DNA from: Eubacteriales bacterium | GTDB taxonomy: Bacteria > Bacillota > Clostridia > Oscillospirales > CAG-382 | Direction: 5' to 3' | Assembly (NCBI GenBank): GCA_041672465.1 | Contig: JBAYZO010000005.1 | Location: 4,686 to 68,685 of the forward strand | DNA: 64,000 nucleotides | In this document: in pieces, positions 54,197-63,286 of the stretch | How positions within the stretch are numbered: the first letter of the stretch is position 1 | How the letters are laid out: each line of letters starts with the position of its first letter | Made by a program: the position numbers and the translations under genes | Notes under the pieces: model-generated | Databases searched by the model: none | Told to the model about the DNA's origin: nothing | What the model saw: only the letters and a program-made list of their open reading frames with translations

Positions 54197-54225
54197 TTGA
54201 TTTATTATCCCCGTTTTGTTATAAT
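54197..54225 (+). promoter_or_regulatory. Sigma-A-type promoter for the HPr-like gene
   Basis: TTGATT, 17 nt, TGt-TATAAT. Confidence 0.5.
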
Positions 54226-54289
54226 GATTTATAACACACTTGGCATACTTAACACACTTAGGGGATTTCGCTTGAAAAAGGAGTCTGAT

Positions 54290-54547
54290 ATGTTTACAAA
54301 AACAATTACCGTTCAAAACGCCGTGGGGCTGAGAGCCCGGCCGGCAACTTTCTTTATTCAGAAAGCAAACACTTACAAATCCTCTATTTGGATAGAAAAC
54401 AGCGACCGGCGCGCAAACGCCAAAAGTCTTTTGGGCGTGCTCTCGCTGGGAATTAAAAAAGGCGACACCGTCACCATTATCGCCGAGGGCGAAGACGAAG
54501 AATCCACCGTCGAAGGTCTTGTGGATCTCATTTTAAGCATTGAATGA
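54290..54547 (+). CDS. HPr-family protein lacking the His15 phosphorylation site (Crh-like)
   Basis: MFTKTITVQNAVGLRARPATFF...NAKSLLGVLSLG. Position 15 is Arg (codon AGA). The Ser46 region is conserved. Confidence 0.85.
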   Translation: MFTKTITVQNAVGLRARPATFFIQKANTYKSSIWIENSDRRANAKSLLGVLSLGIKKGDTVTIIAEGEDEESTVEGLVDLILSIE

Positions 54548-54567
54548 CCCTTTATTGTTATAACGCC

Positions 54568-54607
54568 GCCTTGGGCTCGCCGTTTGCTGTGAGTTCAGGG
54601 CTTTTTT
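54568..54607 (+). terminator. Intrinsic terminator after the HPr-like gene
   Basis: 11-bp stem gccttgggctc/gagttcagggc (3 G-U pairs, valid only for plus-strand RNA) followed by TTTTTT. Confidence 0.7.
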
Positions 54608-54665
54608 CAAAGAGTTTGATTTCGCGGTTTACAACCGCGGCCTTTATAAGAAGTAAAATTTAAAA

Positions 54666-56498
54666 ATGACAAAAGAAAGAGAAAAACTTTTAGAAAACGC
54701 GAAACTTCTCCCGCCCACCCCGGGGGTTTATATAATGCGCAACAAAGCGGGGGCTGTTATTTATGTCGGCAAATCCAAGGCGCTCCAGCACCGAGTTTCA
54801 AGCTATTTCGCCTCTTACTCAAAGCACGGGGTGAAGACCCAACACATGGTGGACGCGGCGTATTCATTTGAGGTTTACCACACAAAAACCGAACTTGAGG
54901 CGCTTTTGCTGGAAAACCAGTTTATCAAGCAATATATGCCGAAATATAACATTAAGCTGAAGGATTCCAGCGGCTACCCGTATATTGAGCTTACAAACGG
55001 CGAATACCCCGCGTTTAGCGTGGTGTACGACAGAAAAAGAAAAGCCCGGGACGCCAAATATTTCGGCCCGTTCAGCTCGGCCGGCGCGGCGCACTCAATC
55101 CTTTCCGCCGCCAGAAAAGCCTTTAAGCTCCCCTCCTGCAAAAAGGTTTTCCCGCGGGATATCGGCAGGGGGCGACCCTGCCTTAACTACCATATCAAGC
55201 AGTGCGCGGGGCTTTGCGTTAAAGATAAAGTTTCAAACGAGGAATATTTATCGCTCGTCGAGGACGCCTCCCACTTTTTAAAGGGCGACTACGCGTTCCT
55301 TATTAAAACTCTTGAACGAAAAATGGAAGCCTTTGCCGAAAACCTTGAGTTTGAGAGAGCGGCCAAAATAAGGGATACGATTGCCAACGTCAAAAAAATC
55401 AACGACCGCCAGCACATAGTGGCTTCCCCCGACTTTAACGCCGATGTCATAGGCATATTTTCCGATGAGTTGGGCTCTGCGGTAAATATCTTTTTTGTCC
55501 GTAACGGCGCTGTCGCCGACAGAGAGTGTTTGTTTTTCGGGAGCGATGAGCTTATCGACTCGGAATCCATCACTTCCCTGCTGTTTAGGTTTTACGCTCT
55601 CCGCGGCTGCTTTCCGCCGAAAAATATCTTAATCGGCTTTGACCTAACGCCGGACGACAAAGAACTAATTTCAACCAAGCTTTCGGAGGACAGGACAAGC
55701 GTAAGCCGCCCGAGGAGGGGGGAGAAAAAACGTCTCCTTGACCTCGCCGAGGAAAACGCCAAAGAGCTTTGTCTCCACAAAAGAGAGGCCGAAACAAAAG
55801 CCACGGCGTTTTTAGCGAACCTCGCCGGCTTTTTAGGCCTTGAGGTGCTCCCCGAACGCATCGAGGGCTACGACATCTCCAACCACGGCGACGAGCACAT
55901 AGTGTGCGGGATGGCGGTCTGGGAAAAAACCCGCTTTGTAAAAAACAAATACCGCTCTTTTACCATGAGGACGCTTGACTTCCGCGACGACTACGCCTCA
56001 ATGCGGGAGGCGGTCTCAAGGCGGATCACCCACACCGTCGGCGAATGGGAACACCCCGACCTTATCCTCCTTGACGGCGGGGTGGGTCATGTGAGGGTGA
56101 TAAAAGAGCTGCTTGACGAAAAAGGCATAAATATCCCTGTTTTCGGCATGATAAAAGACGAACACCACAAAACGCGAACCCTTACCGACGGTCAAAACGA
56201 AATAAGCCTGCTCAAGCGGCAGGATATGTTTAACTTTTTTTATAAATTCCAAGAGGAATGCCACGCCGCCGCCTTTAAACAAATGGACAGAAAGCGCAGG
56301 AAAAACCTGATTTCCTCCTCCCTTACCGAAATAGCCGGGGTCGGCGAAAAAACCGCCGAAAAACTGCTTAAGCATTTCAGCGGGCTTGCCGCCATAAAAG
56401 CCGCGAGCGAGGACGAGCTTACGGCGGTGGGCGGGCTAAGCCGCCAAACGGCGCAAAACATAGTACGCCATTTCGCCAAAAACCAAAACCCGCGCTAA
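54666..56498 (+). CDS. uvrC: Excinuclease ABC subunit C
   Basis: GIY-YIG domain (GVYIMRN...IYVGKS), UVR domain (FERAAKIRD), and a C-terminal (HhH)2. Confidence 0.95.
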   Translation: MTKEREKLLENAKLLPPTPGVYIMRNKAGAVIYVGKSKALQHRVSSYFASYSKHGVKTQHMVDAAYSFEVYHTKTELEALLLENQFIKQYMPKYNIKLKDSSGYPYIELTNGEYPAFSVVYDRKRKARDAKYFGPFSSAGAAHSILSAARKAFKLPSCKKVFPRDIGRGRPCLNYHIKQCAGLCVKDKVSNEEYLSLVEDASHFLKGDYAFLIKTLERKMEAFAENLEFERAAKIRDTIANVKKINDRQHIVASPDFNADVIGIFSDELGSAVNIFFVRNGAVADRECLFFGSDELIDSESITSLLFRFYALRGCFPPKNILIGFDLTPDDKELISTKLSEDRTSVSRPRRGEKKRLLDLAEENAKELCLHKREAETKATAFLANLAGFLGLEVLPERIEGYDISNHGDEHIVCGMAVWEKTRFVKNKYRSFTMRTLDFRDDYASMREAVSRRITHTVGEWEHPDLILLDGGVGHVRVIKELLDEKGINIPVFGMIKDEHHKTRTLTDGQNEISLLKRQDMFNFFYKFQEECHAAAFKQMDRKRRKNLISSSLTEIAGVGEKTAEKLLKHFSGLAAIKAASEDELTAVGGLSRQTAQNIVRHFAKNQNPR

Positions 56499-56570
56499 GG
56501 GGAAAATTAATAAAACCAAAGCGCCGCTTAAGTTTTTTAATTATCATCCATTAAAAACGAGGTTAACATA

Positions 56571-57110
56571 ATGCGAATAATTACCGGTTTCGCGCGGGGA
56601 ACAAAGCTTTTGACCCCCGAGGGCGAGGACACCCGCCCCACTTCCGAAAAGGTTAAAGAAGCGATTTTTTCTGCAATCCAGTTTGAGATCCCCGGAAGGT
56701 TAGTGCTTGATTTATTTGCCGGCTCGGGGCAAATGGCGCTTGAGGCGCTGTCCCGCGGGGCGGAAAAGGCGACGATTGTCGACAACGCCAAGCGGCCGAT
56801 AGAGCTGATTAAAGAAAACGCCAAAAAAACCCGGCTTATGGATAAATGCGTTATTGTAAATTCCGACTGGAAGGATTTTTTAAACCACGCGAAGCCGGGC
56901 TACAACCTTGTTTTCCTTGACCCGCCGTACAAAGCGGGGATTCTTGACGAGGCGCTCACAAAACTTGCGGAAAAAAATCTTCTCGGCGGCGACGCCATTG
57001 TAATTTGCGAGTCTGACATTGAATCTCTGCCGAAAAAAGAGTTTTCCGCGGAAAAATCGAGAAAAAACTACCGCTACGGCAGGACATATGTCACGGTGAT
57101 AAAGTTTTAA
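56571..57110 (+). CDS. rsmD: 16S rRNA (guanine966-N2)-methyltransferase RsmD
   Basis: MRIITGFARG..L..P....RPTSEKVKEAIF, DLFAGSG and DPPY. Confidence 0.85.
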   Translation: MRIITGFARGTKLLTPEGEDTRPTSEKVKEAIFSAIQFEIPGRLVLDLFAGSGQMALEALSRGAEKATIVDNAKRPIELIKENAKKTRLMDKCVIVNSDWKDFLNHAKPGYNLVFLDPPYKAGILDEALTKLAEKNLLGGDAIVICESDIESLPKKEFSAEKSRKNYRYGRTYVTVIKF

Positions 57111-57136
57111 TTTTAAACACAACGGGGGTGAAGTAT

Positions 57137-57619
57137 ATGACAGCCATTGTAACGGGTTCGTTTGACCCAATAACCATAGGTCATGAGGATATAATCAACC
57201 GCGCCTCAAAGCTTTTTGGTTTTGTAATCGTCGCCGTCGCCAATAATCCCGAAAAAACGGCGATGTTCTCGGCCGACGAGCGATTTGGGGCGGTTTCTGC
57301 CGCTTTTGAGGGGAGAGCCGACGTTAAAGTAATAAAATTTTCGGGGCTCGCGGCGAGCTTGGCGCGAAAAGAGGGCGGGGTAATTGTCCGCGGGGCGCGG
57401 GGAAGTTTTGACTTTGAATATGAGAAAACACTTTTTGAAATCAACCGCGAACTCTTTGGGGTTGACACCGTCGTACTCCCCTCAAAGACCGAGTACAGTT
57501 TTATATCCTCGGCGTTTGTGAGAGAGCTTATTTCCCACGGCCACCCATATGAAAAATATATCCCGGAAAGCGCCGCCGAGTATCTGAGCGAAGCCAAAAA
57601 CGGCAAAAGGCGAACTTAA
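57137..57619 (+). CDS. coaD: Pantetheine-phosphate adenylyltransferase
   Basis: TAIVTGSFDPITIGHEDII and ISSAFVRE. Confidence 0.9.
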   Translation: MTAIVTGSFDPITIGHEDIINRASKLFGFVIVAVANNPEKTAMFSADERFGAVSAAFEGRADVKVIKFSGLAASLARKEGGVIVRGARGSFDFEYEKTLFEINRELFGVDTVVLPSKTEYSFISSAFVRELISHGHPYEKYIPESAAEYLSEAKNGKRRT

Positions 57620-57620
57620 A

Positions 57621-58913
57621 ATGAAAAAACCTCTTATCATAACAAATACCTCCCACGCCGTAATACGGGAAAAGCTAAAAGGCCCGTTTGGCTTTAAGGG
57701 AAGGTACATAGACGAGCTGTGGCAGGTTTTGTCCCGCGTCTCCACCGAAAACCACACTTCGGTAACCCCCTCCACCCAAAGCGTGCTGTGGTCAGATTCG
57801 CGCGTGTTCGCGGAACACACCCCCGACGAATCAAACGGTCTTATGTATAAAGTCACCCAAAGAGCGCTTGGGGAAATAACCGGAAAGACGCTTACCCGCC
57901 CCGATTTTTTGATTGACGAGATACTCCCCGGCCTTTTGGAATACGCCGACTTTATTTGCGGCCGCAAGGTGAGCGAAACCTTTGTGCTCAACTCCCTTGT
58001 GGGGCTGGATATTTCGCTGTGGTCCCTCTTCGCCGAAGAAAACGGCGCGTGTTCCTTTGACGATATTATCCCCGACTCCGCGAAAAATGCGTTGTCGGCG
58101 AACAATCGCCGCCTCGCGCATATCCCGCTGATAAGCTATAACGTTGACGAAAAAGCGATAAAAAGCATACTTTCCTCCGGCAGCGGGCTGCTGAAAATAA
58201 AAATAGGCGCCACAGTCAATAACACATCGCGGGATACGGATATGAAAACCATGCTCGAATGGGATAAAAAGCGGGTTTTGGATATCCACCTGCTGTCGGA
58301 CGGACACGAGACAAGCCTTACAAAAAGCGGCAGGGTGTGCTATTACCTTGACGCGAACGGAAGATATGACACCAAAGAGCGGCTTTGGGAACTCCTTGAC
58401 TTTCTTGATAAAAAGGACATCCTTAAATATGTCGCGCTTATCGAAGAGCCTTTCCCCGAAGAAGACGGGAGCGACGTATCGGATTTCCCCGTTAACCTTG
58501 CCGCCGACGAATCCGCTCATTCGGTCGCCGACCTGCAAAACCGCTTGTCGCTCGGCTACCGCTGCGCCACGCTGAAACCTGTGGCGAAAACGCTGTCGAT
58601 GTCGTTTAAAATGGCGGAAGCGGTGAGTAAGGCCGGGGGCGAATGCCTTTGCGCCGACCTCACGGTAAACCCCTTCCTCGCCTGCTGGAACAAGCTCTTC
58701 GCCTGCCGCCTTAAGCCGTTGGAACTTATGAACGCGGGCTGCGTGGAGGTCAACGGCAACCAAAACTATAAAAATTGGGAAGAACAAATAGCGCTCTTGC
58801 CAAAAGGGCTTGATTACACCCGCGAGACAAACGGCTACTTTGATTGCGGCGGCGGGTTTTCACGGCATTCAAAGCTTCTTTTCGGCGAAAACGGCTATTT
58901 TAAATTTGTTTAA
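57621..58913 (+). CDS. Enolase-superfamily (mandelate racemase / muconate lactonizing enzyme-like) protein
   Basis: LLKIKIG (KxK), YLDANGRY, LIEEPFP and AADES fit the MR/MLE metal-ligand spacing. Confidence 0.55.
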   Translation: MKKPLIITNTSHAVIREKLKGPFGFKGRYIDELWQVLSRVSTENHTSVTPSTQSVLWSDSRVFAEHTPDESNGLMYKVTQRALGEITGKTLTRPDFLIDEILPGLLEYADFICGRKVSETFVLNSLVGLDISLWSLFAEENGACSFDDIIPDSAKNALSANNRRLAHIPLISYNVDEKAIKSILSSGSGLLKIKIGATVNNTSRDTDMKTMLEWDKKRVLDIHLLSDGHETSLTKSGRVCYYLDANGRYDTKERLWELLDFLDKKDILKYVALIEEPFPEEDGSDVSDFPVNLAADESAHSVADLQNRLSLGYRCATLKPVAKTLSMSFKMAEAVSKAGGECLCADLTVNPFLACWNKLFACRLKPLELMNAGCVEVNGNQNYKNWEEQIALLPKGLDYTRETNGYFDCGGGFSRHSKLLFGENGYFKFV

Positions 58914-59108
58914 CAAACTTTCGCGTATTTTGAGCCTTTTGTGTATAAAGACAAGTTTTACTTGATTTTTCCCTCCGTTTGAGTTATATTAATTATATAA
59001 AATATAAGCATATCCGCTTAAGCAAAAGCTTTAAAACAAAAATCCTCCCGGCGCGATGCCCGGAAGGCAAAAAATTTGCGTACTTATTAAAAGGAACGGT
59101 CATAAAAA

Positions 59109-60101
59109 GTGAAAACAGCATTTTTAATGGGGGAAAAAACCCTTGATACGGTTTTTAACCAAAAGGCACTGGATTATTTTTATTCGCTGGGGGAGGTTTC
59201 TTTTAACACCGGCAGTCTCCCCACCGCAAAAGAAAACATAATATCCGCAATCAAAAACGCCGACATCGCCATAACAAGCTGGGGCAACACTTCTCTCGGC
59301 GGCGATATACTCTCCGCCTGCCCGGCCCTTAGGCTTGTAGCCCACGCCGCGGGGAGCGTAAAACCCGTGGTCTCGGACGAGCTCTGGGAAAAAAATATCA
59401 AGGTGCTGTCAAGCGCCTGCCCGCTTGGCGAGGGGGTCGCCGAAACTGCGCTTGGCTTTACCATTTCCGCCTGCAAGAATTTTTATAACGTCAACAGCCA
59501 CATACACGCCGGGGAATGGAACAAAGGCCGCGAAGATATAAGAGAACTGTTTGACCTGAATATCGGCGTGATAGGCAGCGGCTGGGCGGGGCGCCACTAT
59601 ATAAGGCTTTTAAAGAATTTCCACGTCAACATTCTTTGCTATGACCCGTTTGTGAGCAAAGAGGATCTCTTGGCTCTCGGCGCGAAAAAAGCGGAACTAA
59701 CCGAATTACTTAAAAATAGCGACGTGGTCTCAATCCACGCCCCAAGCATCCCCGCCACCCGGCATATGATAAACCGCGAAACCCTCGCGCTTATGAAAAA
59801 ATCCGCCGTGCTTATAAACACCGCGCGGGGAACCATTATTGACGAGGCGGCGCTGTTCGAGCATATGGCCGCCGGAAATTTAAAATACGCCTGCCTTGAC
59901 GTGTTTGACCCCGAACCCCCAAGCGTAGAAAACCCCCTGTTCGGCCTTGAAAACGTAATCGCCACCCCTCACTTGGCGGGGCTTGCCCAAAACGGCCTTA
60001 AACGAATCGGCATGTTTGTGCGCGAGGAAACCGAAAAGTTTTTAAAAGGCCTGCCCATGAGGGGAGAAGTAACAAAAGAAATGCTGGCCAACATGGCTTA
60101 G
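59109..60101 (+). CDS. D-isomer-specific 2-hydroxyacid dehydrogenase family protein
   Basis: GVIGSGWAGR NAD site, INTARG and ATPHLAG. GTG start, with an alternative ATG at 59127. Confidence 0.75.
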   Translation: MKTAFLMGEKTLDTVFNQKALDYFYSLGEVSFNTGSLPTAKENIISAIKNADIAITSWGNTSLGGDILSACPALRLVAHAAGSVKPVVSDELWEKNIKVLSSACPLGEGVAETALGFTISACKNFYNVNSHIHAGEWNKGREDIRELFDLNIGVIGSGWAGRHYIRLLKNFHVNILCYDPFVSKEDLLALGAKKAELTELLKNSDVVSIHAPSIPATRHMINRETLALMKKSAVLINTARGTIIDEAALFEHMAAGNLKYACLDVFDPEPPSVENPLFGLENVIATPHLAGLAQNGLKRIGMFVREETEKFLKGLPMRGEVTKEMLANMA

Positions 60102-60127
60102 CCCCCTTAGAATAAGGTGATTGTTTT

Positions 60128-60799
60128 ATGAAAACCAAACTGCGAATATTGTCCGCCCTTGTTGTTTTTCTTGCCGTCGGGTGCGTTTTGCTGTCCGCCT
60201 TTTTAATAAAGGCCGTCAAAAACCCCGAAGAAAACGGCGGCAAAATAAAAGTCACTTCCCCTCTGCCGGCAGGGGACGGGAGCGAGGATATTCAGTTTAA
60301 GCTATCGCTTCTCCATTTGTATTACGAGAGCAAGGACGTCGTGTCCACCCTCCCGTTTACCACCATACAGGTGACTCAGGGCGCGCTTATAAAAGCCTTT
60401 ATGACCGGCCCTTCCGCGGCGGAAGACGCCGAGGCGTATTTAAACCGCTACGCCGACCGAACCCTAAACTCGGCTTTTGACACCATGGACGAGATAATAG
60501 CCAAATATCAAAGCCTTTTGACAAAATATAATATTTCAAGCTCGTCTTCCTATACCGCTAAGTTTAACAAGCTGAACAGCATGTTCGCGTCGCTGAAAAA
60601 TTCCTCAAAAGAGCTTATCTCGCGGGCGAGAACGCTTATTAAAATGTCAAAATCCGCCGATTATGACAGCTATTACACAAATTATATCGAACAGCTATCC
60701 GACCTGACGGGGAAAATCGAGGCAAACTGCAGCGTTATTATGGCCGAGTATGACTCGCTGCTGTCCTCAATCAGCAGGGATTACAATATAATAAGCTAA
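60128..60799 (+). CDS. Hypothetical secreted protein or lipoprotein, helical
   Basis: Signal peptide with LAVGC. No motif recognised. Confidence 0.35.
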   Translation: MKTKLRILSALVVFLAVGCVLLSAFLIKAVKNPEENGGKIKVTSPLPAGDGSEDIQFKLSLLHLYYESKDVVSTLPFTTIQVTQGALIKAFMTGPSAAEDAEAYLNRYADRTLNSAFDTMDEIIAKYQSLLTKYNISSSSSYTAKFNKLNSMFASLKNSSKELISRARTLIKMSKSADYDSYYTNYIEQLSDLTGKIEANCSVIMAEYDSLLSSISRDYNIIS

Positions 60800-60815
60800 A
60801 AAAACCTGCTATGTA

Positions 60816-61481
60816 CTATACTTTTCCCCCGATATGTTCCTTTGGGTTTCCGGCTGTTTTCACCCTTGGCAGGTTCCACCTATAACGCGCCGCGAGAATA
60901 CGCAGCGCAAAAATAATAACTCCGCCGACCGCCATTGAAGCGCTTCCCCCAAATGTGTCCCACAAGAGGGCGCACGCCAACGACCCTCCCAGCGCGGCGC
61001 TGGCGTAGATATGCTTTATCATTATCACCGGCACGCTCCCCGATATTATATCCCTCAGCGCGCCTCCGCCCACGGCAGCTATCGTGCCGATAAGCGCCGC
61101 CATAAAAGCGTTGCTTTTGTACTGACCCTCAAGCGCCATGCGAACGCCTATCACCGCGAAGAGCCCCAGCCCCAGCGAATCGGTTAAAAGCATAACCCTG
61201 TCATATATCAAGCCGGCCATTAAGGTCGGCTTTTTTGCCGCTATAACAAAACAAATAAGCGAGCCCGCGATCGCCGCCGCGGCGTAAAGCGGGTTTTTCA
61301 GCGCCAGCGGCGGGGAGTTGCCGAGCAGCAAGTCCCGCGTTATTCCCCCGCCTATCGCCGTGGTCAGCCCCAGTGTCGCGATTCCGAAGATATCCATGTT
61401 TTTTTTAATTCCCAAAGCCGCGCCCGACACGGCGAAAGACAGCACCCCCAAAATTTCAAGACAAAACATAGCGGTGAACAT
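60816..61481 (-). CDS. TRIC/UPF0126-family cation channel-like membrane protein
   Basis: Duplicated GGG..RD signatures: AIGGGITRDLLLG and AVGGGALRDIISG. Confidence 0.75.
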   Translation of the reverse strand: MFTAMFCLEILGVLSFAVSGAALGIKKNMDIFGIATLGLTTAIGGGITRDLLLGNSPPLALKNPLYAAAAIAGSLICFVIAAKKPTLMAGLIYDRVMLLTDSLGLGLFAVIGVRMALEGQYKSNAFMAALIGTIAAVGGGALRDIISGSVPVIMIKHIYASAALGGSLACALLWDTFGGSASMAVGGVIIFALRILAARYRWNLPRVKTAGNPKEHIGGKV

Positions 61482-61821
61482 ATTTGCCGAAAGTCCCCTT
61501 TGCTGTTTTAATTATAATTTTACCCTCACTACTTAGATTGTAGAAAAAACCAATGGTTCCGTCAATATCTAAGTTATATATATTATTTGGTTTTTACTCC
61601 CCTTTACTGGTAGAATAAGCTAAAATTCGGCAAAACCGCCCCTTTTAAACCCTTTACATTTTGGTTTTTTCGTTATATCCTTAATATGGTAAATATATAA
61701 AGCCGTGTTATAAAAGCAAATACCGATAAATCATGTTTGACGCCGGTCGTTTCGACGCGTGAAAATCCCCGAAAAGTTACGCCAAAACGTTTCTTTTCGG
61801 GGAGCTTTTTATTTTTTTTGT

Positions 61822-62859
61822 TTATTTATCCCTGCCGAGATAAACCCTTTTTCTCTCTTTGCCGGACTCATATATGGCGCAAATCATTTCCTGAGTTTTA
61901 AAGGCCTCCTCAATGGGGATAAACGGTTTTTCGCCGGTCTTAAGGCAGTGATAAAAATTATCTATCTGCTTGATATGGTTGACCCCCCAGTAGGACTTGA
62001 CGTTGCCGTAATCAAAGTTTTCGGCCGGGTTGCGCTCGGCGATAACGGTTCTGCCGTCCTTGAACTTAACCGTCGAGGTGTCGGCAAACATCTGCACAAG
62101 CGCTTTTTCGCAGTCGATCTCAATTTCCACCGGAGCGTCATAGGAATAATAGTTAATGGCGTGGAACGCGGTGAGAAGCCCCGACTTGTACTTAATAACC
62201 CCTTCGGCGGAATCCTCGACGTCAATAATGGCGTGGCCGCGATTGGCTATGCTTGCGTCCACATAGTCAATTTCCTCGTTAATAATATACCTGAGCATAT
62301 CAAGGGTGTGGATAGCTTGATCTATTATCACGCCGCCGCCCTCTTTTTCCCAAGTGCCTTTCCAGTCGCTGCTTGAATAATAACTGTCCGACCTGTTCCA
62401 AGTGACGGCGCATTTGGCGGCTTTTATCCTGCCCAGCTCGCCCGCGTCATATAGATCCTTTACCAAAACAGTGCCTGCGTTGTAATGGTTCTGAAAAATA
62501 CATTCCAAAACTCTTCCCGTTCGCTTCGCGGTTTCCATCATGGCTTTAGCCTCGCCGAGAGTTATGGACATCGGCTTTTCGGTAAGCACGTTAACGCCGT
62601 GTTCCATGGCGTAAATCGCCACCGGAGCGTGGAGATAATGGGGGAGACAAAGGTGAACCACGTCAAGGTTTTCTTTTTCAATCATTTCCTTGTAGTCGAA
62701 ATAGTACTTGCACCCGAATTCTTCCGCTTTCCGCTTCGCCCTGTCTTCCTTAACGTCGCAAACGGCGACAAGCAAAGCGTCCTCGCTTTTTGCGACGCTT
62801 ACCGCGTGCATGGGGAAAATGTTGCCGCACCCGATTATCGCGGATCTGAACTTTTTCAT
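61822..62859 (-). CDS. Gfo/Idh/MocA-family oxidoreductase
   Basis: MKKFRSAIIGCGNI Rossmann N-terminus and an EKP motif (LTEKPM). ATG 62859 follows a GGAGGG RBS. Confidence 0.8.
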   Translation of the reverse strand: MKKFRSAIIGCGNIFPMHAVSVAKSEDALLVAVCDVKEDRAKRKAEEFGCKYYFDYKEMIEKENLDVVHLCLPHYLHAPVAIYAMEHGVNVLTEKPMSITLGEAKAMMETAKRTGRVLECIFQNHYNAGTVLVKDLYDAGELGRIKAAKCAVTWNRSDSYYSSSDWKGTWEKEGGGVIIDQAIHTLDMLRYIINEEIDYVDASIANRGHAIIDVEDSAEGVIKYKSGLLTAFHAINYYSYDAPVEIEIDCEKALVQMFADTSTVKFKDGRTVIAERNPAENFDYGNVKSYWGVNHIKQIDNFYHCLKTGEKPFIPIEEAFKTQEMICAIYESGKERKRVYLGRDK

Positions 62860-63022
62860 TTGTTTTGCCCTCCTGTTAGCTGTTACTGCCTGCCCAAAGC
62901 GCGGGACTTTTGATTCTTGGTACATAGTATCACTTTTTCTAAAAAATACAAGCCTTTTTACTAAAATTAATTTTATTTATTACCCGAACAGGAAAAAGTT
63001 GTCGGAAAAACGCAAAAAGCTC

Positions 63023-63051
63023 TTGACATATCCCCGCCCGCGGAATAGAAT
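63023..63051 (+). promoter_or_regulatory. Sigma-A-type promoter for the THF riboswitch and S-component
   Basis: TTGACA, 17 nt, TAGAAT. Confidence 0.55.
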
Positions 63052-63057
63052 AAAGGC

Positions 63058-63203
63058 GCAGAGTAAAAAAATTTGCGTATGGCGTATGGTTTTATTCAAA
63101 CTGTATTGTAGTGCTCCGCGAACGGGGAGTTGACGCGGGGACGAAGTGAAGCTTACCACAAAAAAATGGTTGCTTCCGCGGTAAATTTTTTGCATCCCGC
63201 TGT
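63058..63203 (+). promoter_or_regulatory. THF (folT-motif)-like riboswitch with an enlarged internal region
   Basis: The 5' side GCAGAGTA-AAAAAAATTT-GCGT and the 3' side CCGCGGT-AAATTTTTT-GCATCCCGCTG parallel the recalled THF aptamer (GGAGAGUAG-AUGAUUC-GCGU ... GCGCGGU-GAAUCAU-UGCAUCCGCUCC). An internal GGGGACGAAG is also present. Confidence 0.55.
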
Positions 63204-63286
63204 AAAAGGCGTGTTGTTTGTCAACACGTCTTATAACGGATATTTGCTCTCTGCACCATCGTAAAAAAACGAAAGGTGTATTTTTT

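Noticed and set aside
61482-61760. Glycine riboswitch upstream of the TRIC/UPF0126 gene.
   Set aside because: The reverse-complemented leader shows only a TTGACG, 17 nt, TACAAT promoter and a short unstructured 5' UTR. There are no GGAGAG...ACCGAAGGGGCAA-type cores.
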